Assembly: GCF_009834535.1 (NCBI RefSeq)
Contig: NC_045702.1
Coordinates: 68,634,001-68,698,000, forward strand
Length of the DNA: 64,000 nucleotides
Direction: 5' to 3'
DNA from: Camelus ferus
Taxonomy: Eukaryota
Both the position numbers and the translations under genes were made by a program. The notes beneath the pieces are model-generated. The model was not told the origin of the DNA, ran no database searches, and saw nothing but the letters and a program-made list of their open reading frames with translations. Below are positions 1-13,024 of the stretch, one piece after another; positions within the stretch are counted from its first letter, which is position 1; the number at the start of each line of letters is the position of its first letter.

Positions 1-404
1 AAAGGAATTATTCACGTTTAAATCAAATGGAATATCATGTTAAAAGAAAGTAAAATAATAACAAATGATATAATAATAACAGATATTGCAGGTTATGGGT
101 TCTCAGAAACCAAATAGGCTTAGAAAGTGTAATGAAGAACACACTGGAATCAGGCCTGGTGGACGAGGAATACTTTTCTAGTGATAGATGTGGCAGAATG
201 AATTTAAAAATACATCTTGTGAGTGGAGTTTGGATTAAAGGAATGATAACAGAAAAAGAGAAATGATGATACATTGGAAAACCAAAATAGAGGATCCTTT
301 TCAGCTTTAAAAATGCTATGATTCTACACTTTAGATGATTTGGCATAAAAAATTGAGAGAACATTTATTTATCACAAAGTAAGATAATACAAACTTTACT
401 GAGG

Positions 405-479
405 TTTTTTTTAATTGAGGTATAGTCAGTTTACAGTGTGTCAATTTCTGGTGTACAGCATAAAGTTTCAGTCATACAT
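405..479 (-). mobile_element. Short 5'-truncated L1 3' end (cetartiodactyl/camelid type)
   Basis: T-run followed by AATTGAGGTATAGTCAGTTTACAGTGTGTCAATTTCTGGTGTACAGCATA. This is the reverse complement of the L1 terminus seen on + at 3638-3766 and 13921-14133. Confidence 0.7.
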
Positions 480-3400
480 CTTTTATTTTTTTAATTAAAA
501 ATTTTTAAATTTATTTTTAGTTTTAAAAGATTTTTATATTCATTGAGAGATAAAAAGTAACTTTACTCTAGCATAACTTAGGTGGAGCAAAACCTAAGTT
601 GGTGCCTGGAATGTAGTTGGGGTCAGTCATTTTTTAACTGCATTATCCCACTAATTTCAGCAGGCTCGGAGTTAAACATTTAATGAACTTCTTTGCTTGT
701 GTTTGTGTGTCTTATAGAAAATAAATATTTTTTTAAAACTGTGTAAGTATAGATACAACATGTAAGTTGTTTCTTTTAAATATTAAATATAGATTATTAA
801 TGATATGAATGGCATCAAATATTAAGATCCTTGGAAACACATTATTACTGCCTTCTTAAATGGTGCAAAGGTAGTTCCTTGCATTTAAAAAGTTGACCCA
901 TACAAAACATAGTCAGAATCCTAAAACAGTAGAGCAGAGTGTTAAAGAATGAGTCTTTGGGGCAGGGAGAGGGTGGAGATGGGCTTCTAAAGTTGCCTGC
1001 CTTTGAGTGCTGGCTATTTCTTTCATTTCTATCTGCTATTTTGATAAGCTCACTCAAATTCTCCAAGGCCTGTTTGTATAGAATAAGAAGAAACAATAGT
1101 TTCTGTATCACAGAGCTACTCTGTGGAAATGAGATGAAGTATTGACAGTTTTCTCAAAGAAATATTAGCTATCATTATCTAAAAATGTAAGAATTCCTAT
1201 CGAACTAAAGATAGTGAATGGAGAGATTTAAACACTTTTTTCTTTCCTAGAGAGTCATATTTGTTATTTATTCTTTAACCAGAGTCTCCTATTTTAGATA
1301 AAACTCTTACAGCAGTCCTTGAATAATTGTTTAAAAGCAAGGTAAAATGAAAGCTAAGCCCACGCCTTCCTTTATCTGCTTTACTCTCTATCCATTCTAC
1401 ATTCCTTCTCTGTCTGGCACTGAATTCAGTGAGACTTCAAGACGTGAATGAAGGAGCTTGAGTTGGATGAGTATCAAACCTCTGCTATGTCGAGGTGCCT
1501 CGTATTTATTTCCTTTTTCTTCCCTGAAAGTAAAAAATCCGCTGCTCTGCAGTGTTTTAGCTGAGATGGGGGATGAGGTGAATTGAAATGTTTTAAACAA
1601 AATTTAACATGCCAAGACTTCAACGGAATTTGGGTTATTGTAATTTATGCATATTTACTGAGCACTATGCTTTTGCTAATGTAAATAGCTATTTTTTTCC
1701 CTCCCAACATGTTGTCTGTTATCAAAGAAAATATCCCTATATGCAGCTTCTTTTGTGAGGACCATCTTGCTAGTTAGAGGCAAAATGAACAAAATGTTCA
1801 ATGAAATTCTCAGAAAGAAAAAAGTAATAATAAAGGTTTTTATGCTCACCTTTATATTATTTGGTTAAAATTTTTGGCGTCAGCAGCCTAATTGTCTTAA
1901 TCTTTAGTTAAAAAGAAATATAACTTTACTACTAAATGATTTGGGTTCATTACTTCCTCTTACTATAGCCACGTATTTTATTCCATTATGCGTGCCAGTG
2001 TTTGTGTGCATGTGTATGAACACATATTTTTTCTTAGATGCCTTTGTTATACCTGTATTGCTTTTATTTCCTAGAAAACTTTTTAGTGAAGCATGAAGTC
2101 AAAATTCTTTAGATTTACCTTTCTGAAAATATCTTCCCTCAGGTTTTCAGACACCTCCTACTTTGTCTTCTGTATTTAAACAGTAAAGGACATAGACTCA
2201 TTAGAGGGAAGTTTGATTTTCTTCTCTGAAACCACCTAGGAACTGTAGATAATATATGTAAAATGCGAGAAAAATTTTTAGGACGACCACAATTACAACT
2301 CAAATAATAAAATAAAGTTGTGGTTACATTGTCAAACATAAAAAAGTACAAGAGAATAAATAGCAGAATAAACCCCACCAAACACACATTGAGACCTGCT
2401 GTTTTCTCTGTGGGTGTCCACATGGCTTTGATTTTCATCTAATTGCAAGACAACACAAACACTGGCAAAAGCTTTACTGGATGTTGGGTGACCCCACTGT
2501 GTCAAATAGGACTTGAATTTGAGTGCCTAAAGAAAACCTCTGTATGATCTGTTTGTTTGGCTTTTGGTCTCAGAAACTTAATAGGCCCATCAGTCAAAAG
2601 AGGAACATCATCTAGGAAATGGGGAAAGTGTTTTGATAGTGAGATTAAAAAATAATCACATTCTCCTTCCTCATGCCCTATGTTATTAATAACTTTGAAA
2701 AAGTCATTCCATTCGTGGGACACAATGATTAAAGAGGATCCAACATTCTCTTTGAATTGCTCAGTACTCTTTGCGGAACAGGGTGCTCGAGTTGAAGGTC
2801 AGGAGTCTTTTTAGTTTTGATGAGTGTGAGGAAATGAAACATTTTTCATCCTCAGGTTGCCAGTCTACCTCACTTTGTCTGCTCTCACGCTGAAATTTTG
2901 TAGGTAAAGTCTAATGCTCTTAGGTGGTGATATTGTCAACAAGGGTAGATTTAAGGGCTGCATCTGCTGCTCTATGTTTCAGTATCTCAAAGTCTAACTT
3001 TCAGATAGTTCCTGAATTATAACATTTGAAAGAAAGAAGAATGCAGCACTTAGAGAATGGTATGAGAAGCTAGCCTCTGACACTCAGGAGAACCAGGCTG
3101 AATATTTCCTTAATAAATGATCCCTTTGCTGTTTGTACTAACCAGTGTCAGCCAGCAGTTTAATATAGACACCTACTCAGAGATAGGTACACTTAGCATT
3201 TACTTTAGAAGAGAATGTAGGTGCTCAATTCTCTTAAATTTAGACTTTACTATAAATCAGCTATCTGACTTCCTTCTATAATGCAACTATCTGGATTTTA
3301 AAAAGGAAAATAATGCTCATTTTCAGAAACAATATTAATCATAACCCTCTCATTTGAATATTTAGTATGGAATTTAGCATTAATTTTCTTTCCCAATCTA

Positions 3401-3637
3401 GAATAGTAATAGTTTTCAGCCATACCCAATGAGTTGCCAAATTTTCTACATTCTTCTCTAAGGTATTATATTTTTTCTATAATTACATTTTCATTGATAT
3501 TGCCTTTCTTTCAGACCTTTTTACCTTTTATTTAGTAAATTAGAGTACTAGGAATGAATTAACAGATTATTTTAAGTCTTTTCTGGGATTTGAAGCCTGG
3601 AAAGATGGTGTATGACATTAAAAGTGGTAGTTAATAA

Positions 3638-3766
3638 ATTCAGTATCTTGTAGTAGCCTTTAATGAAAAAGAATATGAAAACGAGTATATGGATTGATGT
3701 ATATATATATAATTATGCTGTATACCAGAAATTGGCACATTGTAACTGACTATACTTCAATTAAAA
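3638..3766 (+). mobile_element. 5'-truncated L1 3' end (camelid type)
   Basis: TTCAGTATCTTGTAGTAGCC..TAATGAAAAAGAATATG..TATGCTGTATACCAGAAATTGGCACATTGTAACTGACTATACTTCAATTAAAA; same family as 13921-14133. Confidence 0.8.
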
Positions 3767-4032
3767 GCAAACTAGTAGTTAAAATAGAAAAATTGGTAAG
3801 AAAGATGAGCTTAGTTCTAATCAGATTCAGCTTGATACATTCAGTTAGAAATACCAGCACACAGCTTAATGCATGCATGTATCTATATTTGCATGTGTCA
3901 TGGAAATGATCAGCATGTGTGTATTGAAATACTGATTCTATAATGGTATATTCTTGGGTGTTCTGAGAACAAAGATTTAAGGTTTGGAAGATTATGTAGG
4001 TTTGCGAGCCAAGCTACCCATTATAACCCATG

Positions 4033-4034
<2 letters not shown>

Positions 4035-4080
<46 letters not shown>
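4035..4080. repeat. (AC)23 microsatellite
   Basis: Perfect dinucleotide run read directly. Confidence 0.95.
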
Positions 4081-4084
<4 letters not shown>

Positions 4085-4354
4085 TTTTAAGATTAACAAA
4101 TCCATATTAATTTATCAAATAAAATACATAATTTTACTACTTTATTTATATAATTGAATTCTCTATTTTCAAAATTTATTTCATTGTGGTAGTTTATTTT
4201 AATTTATTTTTTTAAAAGAGAGAGAGAGCACAACTGTTACTGTATAGGAATGCAAGTGTTCTTCCTTTAGGGACCACTGCCTTTCACACAGCTGCCATGT
4301 GACTCCCAGGGCCAGCAATGGATCATGCTCAGCAGTCTTCCCAGGCTGTCCCTA

Positions 4355-4463
4355 TTTTTTTAATTTTATTTTTTATTGAAGTGTATTGATTTGCAATGCG
4401 ATTCAGTAATTCACCTACATATATGTATATATATACACACACACATATATTTTCAGATTATAT
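4355..4463 (-). mobile_element. Degraded L1 3' end
   Basis: T-rich tail, then TTATTGAAGTGTATTGATTTGCAATG..GATTCAGT..TTTTCAGATT; internally deleted relative to the copy at 13025. Confidence 0.55.
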
Positions 4464-4619
4464 GAGGAAAATATAACCACAAAGAACATACAGGCGGCAG
4501 ACCAATATCACACATCCCCTGTGAGCACTCTGACTTCAAATTATGATATGTTTGACTAACTGCAAAAAAAGGTTTTATTTATCTTCAATTGTTTTGTATA
4601 AAAAAAATCTTTGTTCTGC

Positions 4620-5778
4620 TTTATTTTGCTTTCATCGTTTTTATTAAAACTGATTTTATTTGGAAAGTTTTCAAGCTTACCAAAAAATTTCAAGAATGGA
4701 AAAAAGAACTCCCACATGTCCTTCACCAGCATTCAGTTTTGCCAGCTACTCAGGCAGTTAGCACAACAGAATCCAATCCAGCGTGGTCCCTTGAGCTCAG
4801 TGGTCCTATCACTCTCCTTTCCTTCAATAAGAGCGGTTCTTCAGTCTTTCCTTGACTTTCACAGTCTTTGCATTTTTGAAGATTACTAGGCATTTATTTT
4901 GTAGAATGTCCCTCAGTGTGGAATTTTCCAGTGTTTCTTCAAAGTCCTGTCAAAGGAATACACCTACGAGGCTCTGAATTTTGGGCAGGAGTGCACAGGA
5001 ATGGGGCTGTGTCCTCACTGCAGCCTGTCAGTTTGCATTATTTGTGTCTCATTACAGTGCTGTTAACTTTAGTAACTTGATTAAGGTGGTCATTGTCAGT
5101 TTCTCCACTACAAAGTTACGTTTCCTTTTTATTTTCTTTGTAAATTGTGAATATTTTGTCAGGAAATATTTTGAGACTGAGTAAACATCCTGTTCCTCTT
5201 CCCACTTCATTAATTTTTAGAAACTGTTGATATTTCTTACCTGTATTATTACTTTGTTGATTATTTTCTAATTTCATTTATCCCAGTGCATTTATTAGTT
5301 GACATTCTATGGTAAGGGGAGATTTATCTTCTCCCAGTTCAGTTATTCATCTGTTTATATCAGTGCAAGCTAATGAATTCCATTTTTATTCAGTGTGTTT
5401 TAATCATTACTGTAATTGTCCAGAGTTGGTCGGCAGACATGTCATTTTGACATGTCTAAATCATTCTTTGAGTACTCTGTTACTATCCAGCATGACACAG
5501 AGTTCTAGAATCATCTTGGAGTTTCTCTGCTCTAGCCCAGAAATTAGTCACTTCTTCAAGGAACCCTGGTTTCTTTCTGAGTAAAATACTTCATAGAAAC
5601 CAAGATGTGAGTACTAGATGTGCTTCTTGTTGTTGTGGTTTTGCTACTCACAGGCCTTCTCAGTGAACAGAGCTGGAACACATACACAAAATATGCGTGC
5701 ACATAAACAAATTTACATCTATATCTGTAACTATATTTATATCTATATATTAAACTATGACTTAATACTAACAGATCC
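4620..5778 (-). mobile_element. Old L1M (L1MC/L1MD-like) 3' region
   Basis: Blocks such as AAAGAACTCCCACATGTCCTTCACC, TTTATTTTGTAGAATGTCCCTCAG and TTGATTAAGGTGGT..AGTTTCTCCACT resemble antisense L1MC-class 3' UTR consensus. Confidence 0.65.
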
Positions 5779-5784
5779 AAAAAA

Positions 5785-7613
5785 TTTTTAAGACATTTTT
5801 TAGAGACGTTTTAGATTCACAGCAAAATTGAGGGTAAGGTACAGAGATTTCTAATGTACCACCTACCCTGGTACACACATAGCCTGCCCCATTGTTGACA
5901 TTTCCCCACCAGAGTGAGGCTTGTTACAATCGATGAGCCTGTATTGACATGTTATAATCACCCAGAGTCCATAGTTTACTCACATGGATCCTGACTTAGT
6001 GTTTTATCTAAAAAGTCATCACTATACTCAAGGTCATCCAGGTTTTCTCCTATGTTAATTTTCAGGAGTTTTATACTTTGAATTTTACATTTAAGTCCCT
6101 GTAAGTCTATTTTGAGTTAATTTTTGTGAAGAGTGCAAGATCTCTGTCTAGGTTCATTTTTTTACATTTATGTTCAGTTCAGTTGTTCCAGCACCATTTG
6201 TTGAAAAGACTATCTTTTCTCCATGGTATGCCTTTCCTCCTTTGTCAAAGATAGGTTGACTGTATCTGTGGGGTGGGCGGTCTATTTCAAGGCTTTATAT
6301 TCTGTTCCACTGATCTATTTGTCTATTCTTTCACTAAAACCTCACTGTACTGATTACTGTAGCTTTAAAACTGCAATCTTGAGGTCAGGTGGGGTCAGAC
6401 CCAGACCTTCAATTTTGTTATTATCCTTTAATATTTTGGCCTCTCTCCATAAACTTTAGAATCACTTTGCCAATATCAATAAAATAGCTTGCCAGGATTT
6501 TGATTGGGATTGCATTGAATTTATATTATCAACTGACATCTTGACGCTATTGAGTCTACCTTTCCATAAACATGGAATATTTCTCGATTTATTTACTTCT
6601 TTGATTTTATTCATCAGACTTTTGTCATTTTCCTCATGTAGATATTATACATATTTTGTTAGACTTGTATTTAAGTATTTCATTTTGGGGTGCTAATGTA
6701 AATGGTATTGTGTTTAATTTCAAATTCCGTTTGTTCATTGCTATAAAAGAAAGCAACTGATTTTTGTATTTTAATTTTGTATCCTTCGGCCTTGCTATAA
6801 TAACTTATTAGTTTCAGGGGTGTTTTTTTTTTTTTTTGGTTTTTCTTTTGGATTTTTTACCTAGACAAGGCTTTGAATTTTTCAGTATTAAGCATGAGGT
6901 CAGCTGTAGGTTTTCTGTAGATATTCTTTATCAAGTTGAGGCAGGTCTCCTTTTCCCCTAATTTAATGAATGTTTTTATCATGAGTGGATGTTGGATTTT
7001 GTCAGATGCTTTTTCAGCGTATATTGACATTATCAGGCTATTTTTTAATTCTTTAGCCTGTTGATATGACTGATTGCATTAATTGATTTTGAAATGTTGA
7101 ACCAGCCTTGCATACCTGGGATAAATTTCACTTGATTGTGGAGTGTAATTTATTTCAGACTTTGTTGGATTTGATTTGTGGATATTTTGTTAAGGATTTT
7201 TACATCTATATTTATTTGAAATATTGGTCTATAGTTTTCTTATCTTGTAATGTCTTTGATTTTGATATTAGGGAAATACTGGCCTCATAGAATATGCCTT
7301 AGGAAGTATTCCCTCTGCTTCTATACTTTGAAAAAGATTATAGGGAATTGGTATAATTTCTTCTCTATATATTTGGTAGAATTCACGAGTGAACCCACCT
7401 GCATCTGCTCTTTCTGCTTTTGAATGTTACTAATTATTAATTTCATTTCTTTAATATGGGCCTATTCATACTGTCTATTTCTTCTTGTATGAGTTTTGGT
7501 AAATTGTATCTGTCAATGAATTGGTCCATTTCATCTAGATTACAGAATTTATGGGCATAGAGTTGTTCATAGTATTTTTTTTATTATCCTTTTAATGTCC
7601 ATAGGATCTGTAA
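5785..7613 (-). mobile_element. L1M (L1MB/L1MC-like) 3' UTR plus decayed ORF2, antisense
   Basis: TTTTAGATTCACAGCAAAATTGAG..CCCAGAGTCCATAGTTTAC (3' UTR), followed by characteristic antisense ORF2 blocks GTTCCAGCACCATTTGTTGAAAAGACTATCTTTTCTCCAT, GGGATTGCATTGAATTTATA and GTTGAACCAGCCTTGCATACCTGGGATAAAT. No intact frame. Confidence 0.85.
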
Positions 7614-7999
7614 AATAGATTAAATTTTAATCTATTGTTAGTCATGCTTGTGCAATGACTTCTGGACTGAAATCAGATAGAGAGAAGAAAAAAAAGAAGG
7701 GAAAGGATTAAAAAGCCATTGTTTTTCCTGATTGTTTTTCATCATCATCTCATTGACATTGAGACAATGAAAAATGTCATTTTGTCTAAAACCCTCATTT
7801 TATTCTTAAAATAATTAAGATAGAGGGAAATGAAACTACTTGCTGAAGTAGCACATTTAGGTAAATGTAAAACCATACATTATACTCAGAATGGGTAAGT
7901 GGTCTAATGCTTTATCCACCAAACATTATTTTATTATTTAGTTACTAAAAAGGAAATAAAATGACTAAGACTTAGCTAGTCAGATCTCATATTTTTTGA

Positions 8000-8190
8000 G
8001 GGACTGCTATAAACTGGGCACTGTTTCATGAATTGAATCTTTCAATGTTTTCAACAAAAGCATGCAGTGGTAATTAAAAATCCATTTTACTAATGAGGAG
8101 ATCCTTATTCAGGAAGACTAAATGAATTGCTTAAAGTCAAATAAGATCATCAAGTATGGCTCAAATTTTGCTGAATTGGTTCTAAATCTG
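8000..8190 (-). mobile_element. MIR SINE remnant
   Basis: CCATTTTACTAATGAGGAG..AAATGAATTGCTTAAAGTCA resembles the antisense MIR core. Confidence 0.45.
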
Positions 8191-8699
8191 CTGAGCTCAA
8201 TAGTACATTACTGCATAAGATATTTATAATAACAGAAACAGGGCTGGGAAGAACCATGCCAAGTGGCAATCAAATTAAAATAATCATTGATTTTTAAAAT
8301 TAAGTTAGATTGTGGAAGTGACTGATGTTTAAATTTGTTTTCCCATCTTATTTGTGAAAGAATTAGTCCACTCAAAAATTGGTTTAGCAAGTGCCTACTA
8401 TGTGCTGGAAATTTTACTTTTAAAGGTGTTTCAATCATGCTATCAAAGAGTCAATGAATAACATAGATGTGGAAAACATATAGTTAATACAACACATATT
8501 AAGCATAATATAAGGAAATGCTTTTTGTGAAATACATACAAAACAGTACAGAAATGCAGATTAAGGAGCCAGCATGTACCTTCAGAAAAGAGAGGGATGT
8601 AAGGAATAAAAGGAATTCTTCTTTTTATGAGATTAGAAGAGTTAGAGATACGTTTCAGGAAGCTTAGCCACATCTGTCCTTTTCCCTGCTACACTGCCG

Positions 8700-8766
8700 T
8701 TACCTACTAGTGTTACCTGGTGTAGTGTAGACATTCAATGAATATTTACTGAATAAACAAATAAAG
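8700..8766 (+). mobile_element. L2 3' end remnant
   Basis: CCTGGTGTAGTGTAGACATTCAATGAATATTTACTGAATAAACAAATAAAG. Confidence 0.4.
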
Positions 8767-8928
8767 AATAAATATTCAGTGAATTTCAAGTAACATCATA
8801 TTTCTGAAACTTAGACCTCGGAATGGGGAATGGCAGAAGGCAAATCTGGAAAAATTAATTGAGGCGCATAGTGAATGTTTCCACTACCACTTTACATAAT
8901 CAGGACAGTATTCTATGACCTTGAGCAA

Positions 8929-9418
8929 CAGCATCTAATGGAATTGCAGTGTGAGCCACACAAATAACTATAAATTTTCTAGTAGTCATGTTAAAATTAT
9001 TAATTCATCCCCACTCTACATTAAATTAAATTTAATGTCATAAGGATCAAAATGATTATTTGGACATTTCATCAATATTAAAATAATTGGGGGAGAGGGT
9101 ATAGCTCAAGTGGTAGAGCACATGCTTAGAAGGCATGAGGTCCTGGGTTCAATCCCCAGTACCTCCTCTAAAAGTAAATAAACCTAATACCTGCCCCATG
9201 CCAAAATAAAATAATCAAATAATATAAAAAATAAATTTATTTAAAAATTAAAAATAAAATAAATAAAATAATTAATGAAATATTTTACATACTTTTCCTG
9301 TACTGCTTTTGGAATCTGGGCTTTATTTTACATTTACAGTAAGTCTCAGCTTAGGTTAACCATACTTTAAATGCTCAATAGCCACACGTGGCAATGGTTA
9401 GTATACTAAATAGAACTG
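8929..9418 (+). mobile_element. MER33-like hAT-Charlie non-autonomous DNA transposon, interrupted by a SINE
   Basis: TGTGAGCCACA..TAAATTTTCTAGTAGTCA..ATCAATATTAAAATAATT|AATGAAATATTTTACAT..AATGCTCAATAGCCACACGTGGC. The two halves join seamlessly across the SINE. Confidence 0.7.
9089..9263 (+). mobile_element. Camelid tRNA-derived SINE (Vic-1 type) with 10-bp TSD
   Basis: A box TAGCTCAAGTGG, B box GGTTCAATCC, A-rich tail. Identical TAAAATAATT at 9079-9088 and 9264-9273. Confidence 0.92.
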
Positions 9419-9427
9419 GTCTCGGGT

Positions 9428-9583
9428 TCTTGTTACTTAAAGTGTGGTCCTTAGATCAACAACTGTTAAAAAGCTGGTAGAAATGCAGAATCACGAGCTG
9501 CACTTCAGACCAACTAAATGGGAATCTGCATTTTCTCCAGAATTTCAGCTAGTTGTATGTACATGACAGTTGGAGAAACACTG
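9428..9583 (+). mobile_element. MER5-like hAT-Charlie MITE
   Basis: AAAGTGTGGTCC..TAGAAATGCAGAATC..GAATCTGCATTTT..TTGGAGAAACACTG. Confidence 0.6.
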
Positions 9584-12500
9584 GTCTGGATAACCAGCTC
9601 TAAGGTTAAGTGTGTACATCCCGAGGAGTATGGAAGATTGGAGTTCAGAATGAATGTATCTATTATTTACGTTAATGTTGTTTTAAAAGTAAATAGTAAA
9701 TTAAGCTTCGCATATATTTAATATTGTATTAACACTGGTGCCTTTATTTTGCCCAAATGTCAGACTGTCTCATGTCATTAATGTCTGGTAGCCTGACGTA
9801 AGAATTGAAGTTCCACAAAGGGAACAAATATATAGTGTCTGTTACCTTTTCTTGGTAAGTGGATTTATAAATTGTATTAACTATTATGTTTCCTGGTATT
9901 AATTAAACTAACAAAATGGAGACTGTAAAATATGTTTGTAAGTACATTTTTGATGCAAATATAAGAAAAAAAAACAGAACAGAATAATGATAGAGCTGTT
10001 TTTATTCTCATAGAAATTCTTCTTTGGTCTCAATTATAAGTAAAAAAAATGATATAATCACTTCAGTTTTGAGGTGAAACCTCTAAAGTTATCAAAATAT
10101 CTACTTGAAATATAGATGAACACCCCTACAGTTAATAGGGAACTTAGCCCCCAGTGTATACTGTACTTTGCAATATTACCTAATAATAGTAGAAAGCCAT
10201 TATAATTAGTAAGACATTTGAAATATTTTAATTTAATCTTTGTTAGGTATTTTCTACATCTGTCTTTGCCTAGGAGAATTCCAAATCACAACAGTTGTCT
10301 CAATATAATTATAAATAGCGCCCCCTACTGCTCTCAGAAGAGGCTGTGTTTAGAAAAGAACTCACCTGATCACCCTGTTTATCACATGCACTTAAAATTT
10401 GTCTTTTGAGCATCTTGTGGTGCATGTAATGTGTGAGTACAGTACTTAGCACGTGTACACAGCTTTAAAATGAATGACCACATATCCCAGTGTAAAGGTT
10501 TATTGATTGATTTCTGTTATGTTGGAGATCACACAGCGAAGACCTGACGTGGGAAGAGCTGGAATGTTTCCCAGGTTCACTCTCAGCCCCGTGCTTAATT
10601 CTTCTCGGCAGCCCCTTTCAGGCCGGGAATATGTGCTCCCTCTCAGACTGATGCAAAGTGACAGTCTAAGCAGAACTGTGTACTTTTCTCTCCTCTCTTT
10701 CTTCTCTCTACTCCCTAATTGTGGGAAGAGGGAGAAATAATTGTTAGGAATTTCAGAGGTCCTTCCCGCATAGCGGGTTGTTTACTGACCCAAAGAAAGG
10801 CAGAATCCACAGGAGGCAGCAACCTAACCAAGTGGACTGAGAGTGGCTTGTGAAGCCTTGAAGGCAAATTTGCCAACTGTAAATTGGATCATCCACTCAT
10901 GGTTCACCTGGGATAAGTTCAAGGCACCCAGGAAATGGAAAATTTAAAATTAAAACATAAAATATAAATGGTTAAAAATGGGCCAGTACCCTAAATAGAT
11001 GGATGCTTGTATAATCTCTGAAAGTCTTTTGGAGTTCTTAGAGTCTATATGAAGAAAAGAAAACTTACGTAAATGTAGTTTTCCATTCCATGTAAATATA
11101 TATATTTTTTTAATTTAAACTTAAGAAAATATATGAACAAATTTTGCAGAATCAGGGATGGTATTTGTGTGACCCATAAAATGAAATGGGCAAGGCTTTT
11201 GGGGAGGGGTCAACTGAACGAGCAATTAAATGAATTCAATGCTCCTGAAATATGGAAATCAAAGAAACATACGGTTACTTGTTGAACATGACTCTTGATA
11301 GTTAAGGAAGAAAGTGGAACAGGACACAGAGCCTGCCGAAACTTAGCAGACATTTGGCGGGGAATGCCATCAAACAATTAAATCACAGGTGCGTATATTC
11401 TACTTAGAGAATGTCCAACCATATGTAATTAATTTCTCAGCATTCCCAGAACTGCCTACAATAGATCTCGGTATTTTTCACGTAAGGACAGGTGTAGCTG
11501 GGAGCAACTTTTCTCAAAGTGTGTTCTTTGGAACACTTGTTTTTCCAATACGCCGTGGGGAAAAGGTTCAACATTTAAATAAATGTAGGAAAACTTTCAC
11601 ACACTATTGCTGTCCTAAAGTTCACATTCCACATTCATATACTTAATGATCTCAGAGTTAACAGTCTAAGTGGTTTTGCAGTCGCCAAATTAGTTGTTCA
11701 ACTTTGTTCATTCCACCATTACCTAAGCATCTGAAATTTCAGAAAATTTACTGTGAGTGACAGCTATTAATATCCTAGGAAACTAGTGTCCTATAGAAGA
11801 CATTTTAGGAATTGCTGGGATGAAGGAATGCTGCTGATGTACTACTGTTACTAGCATGCTGTTGGCCTTGGTATGAATTTCTAAGTTTAAAGAAAATCAA
11901 AGGTAGTATTGGAAAAGCATTTCGAAATATTTAGTTGAATTGAGATTTCCATTGCTCAGTTATTTGAGCCTTCTTCTGTGTCTGAAATAGCAGTGTTATT
12001 TTTACTCCTACATCAGTGTGTCAGCAAAAGATCTCATTAACAGCAAGCCTGACAAATAATAGTGGACTATTCTCAAATGTGAAACCTGTGATTCTATAAA
12101 TGCTAGGATTTATATATATGCATATAATGAAAAAAGTTATGTGTGCATGTATTTAATTATTTATTTTAACCAAACTGCATATTTCTGAAATGAGATAGAC
12201 TTAACCCTCAGAAGTACAATGTAGAAAATCATCATTGTTACTGTTTATAATATACTGTTGGAAAATAATTGAGTTTAAGTTTCAGCCTCATGATTATTAT
12301 ATAGTTCTTAAGGTGAAAAAAATCTGAACTGGAAAAACAGAGAATTCCCTAAAGAAGTTCTTGTTGGTGCCTAGGGACCAAATAGTATAAGTTTTCCAGA
12401 TGCTCAGAGATAATGGTGTAACCTGACCAGCTGGTACAATGGTTAACTTGGTAGAAGTGTGGGAAAATATCTTTCAGCACTGGACTTTGTAATCTAGTCT

Positions 12501-13024
12501 CATTTACAATCAATATAAGTGAAACAGCTTGAAGAATAAAGTAAAGCCAATAATATTGGTGAAAGAAAACGATATTTTTAAATGTCCCAGGATGTCGTTA
12601 CCAATACAATCTTATTTTGTTGCCTAGTTCCTCAGAACCAAGTTCTTTTAGCCAAAATTCTGTAATATATTTGAACTAAAAAATAAATATTTTTAGTTCA
12701 ATACTGTTATTTTTTTCAGCTGAGTATAGTATTAATTACTGATAATAATGAATATAAATGGCCCATTATCTAACCATAAACAATCAAAAATAACTGGATT
12801 AACAAACTAATAGAGAGGCAAGCATCTAGAAGTATTATGTCCTTTCTTGTCACCAAAAACGAAAAACAAACCATAGATTTCAAATGCTGTAAAATCTGCA
12901 GCAGGTGTATGTGAAATTACCTCTGAGTACTTCCTTTGTTTTCACAGATTGATATTTTCTTTGGTTTTCAGTCTTGTTCTCCAATTAATTGTAATGGCCC
13001 TACTGACATAAACTATGATGTTAC

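Noticed and set aside
35-364. 109-aa minus-strand ORF
   Set aside because: It is the Phe/Leu/Ile-rich antisense reading of A-rich DNA, with no domain and no splice support.
1850-1901. Minus-strand 52-nt exon-like segment (AAG|GTGAGC donor)
   Set aside because: It has stops in all three frames and no other support, so it is indistinguishable from a chance pseudo-exon.
9089-9165. tRNA gene (A and B boxes, tRNA-like 5' part)
   Set aside because: It is followed by a SINE body and A-rich tail and flanked by a TSD, and a second family member lies at 14366-14480. It is a SINE, not a functional tRNA.
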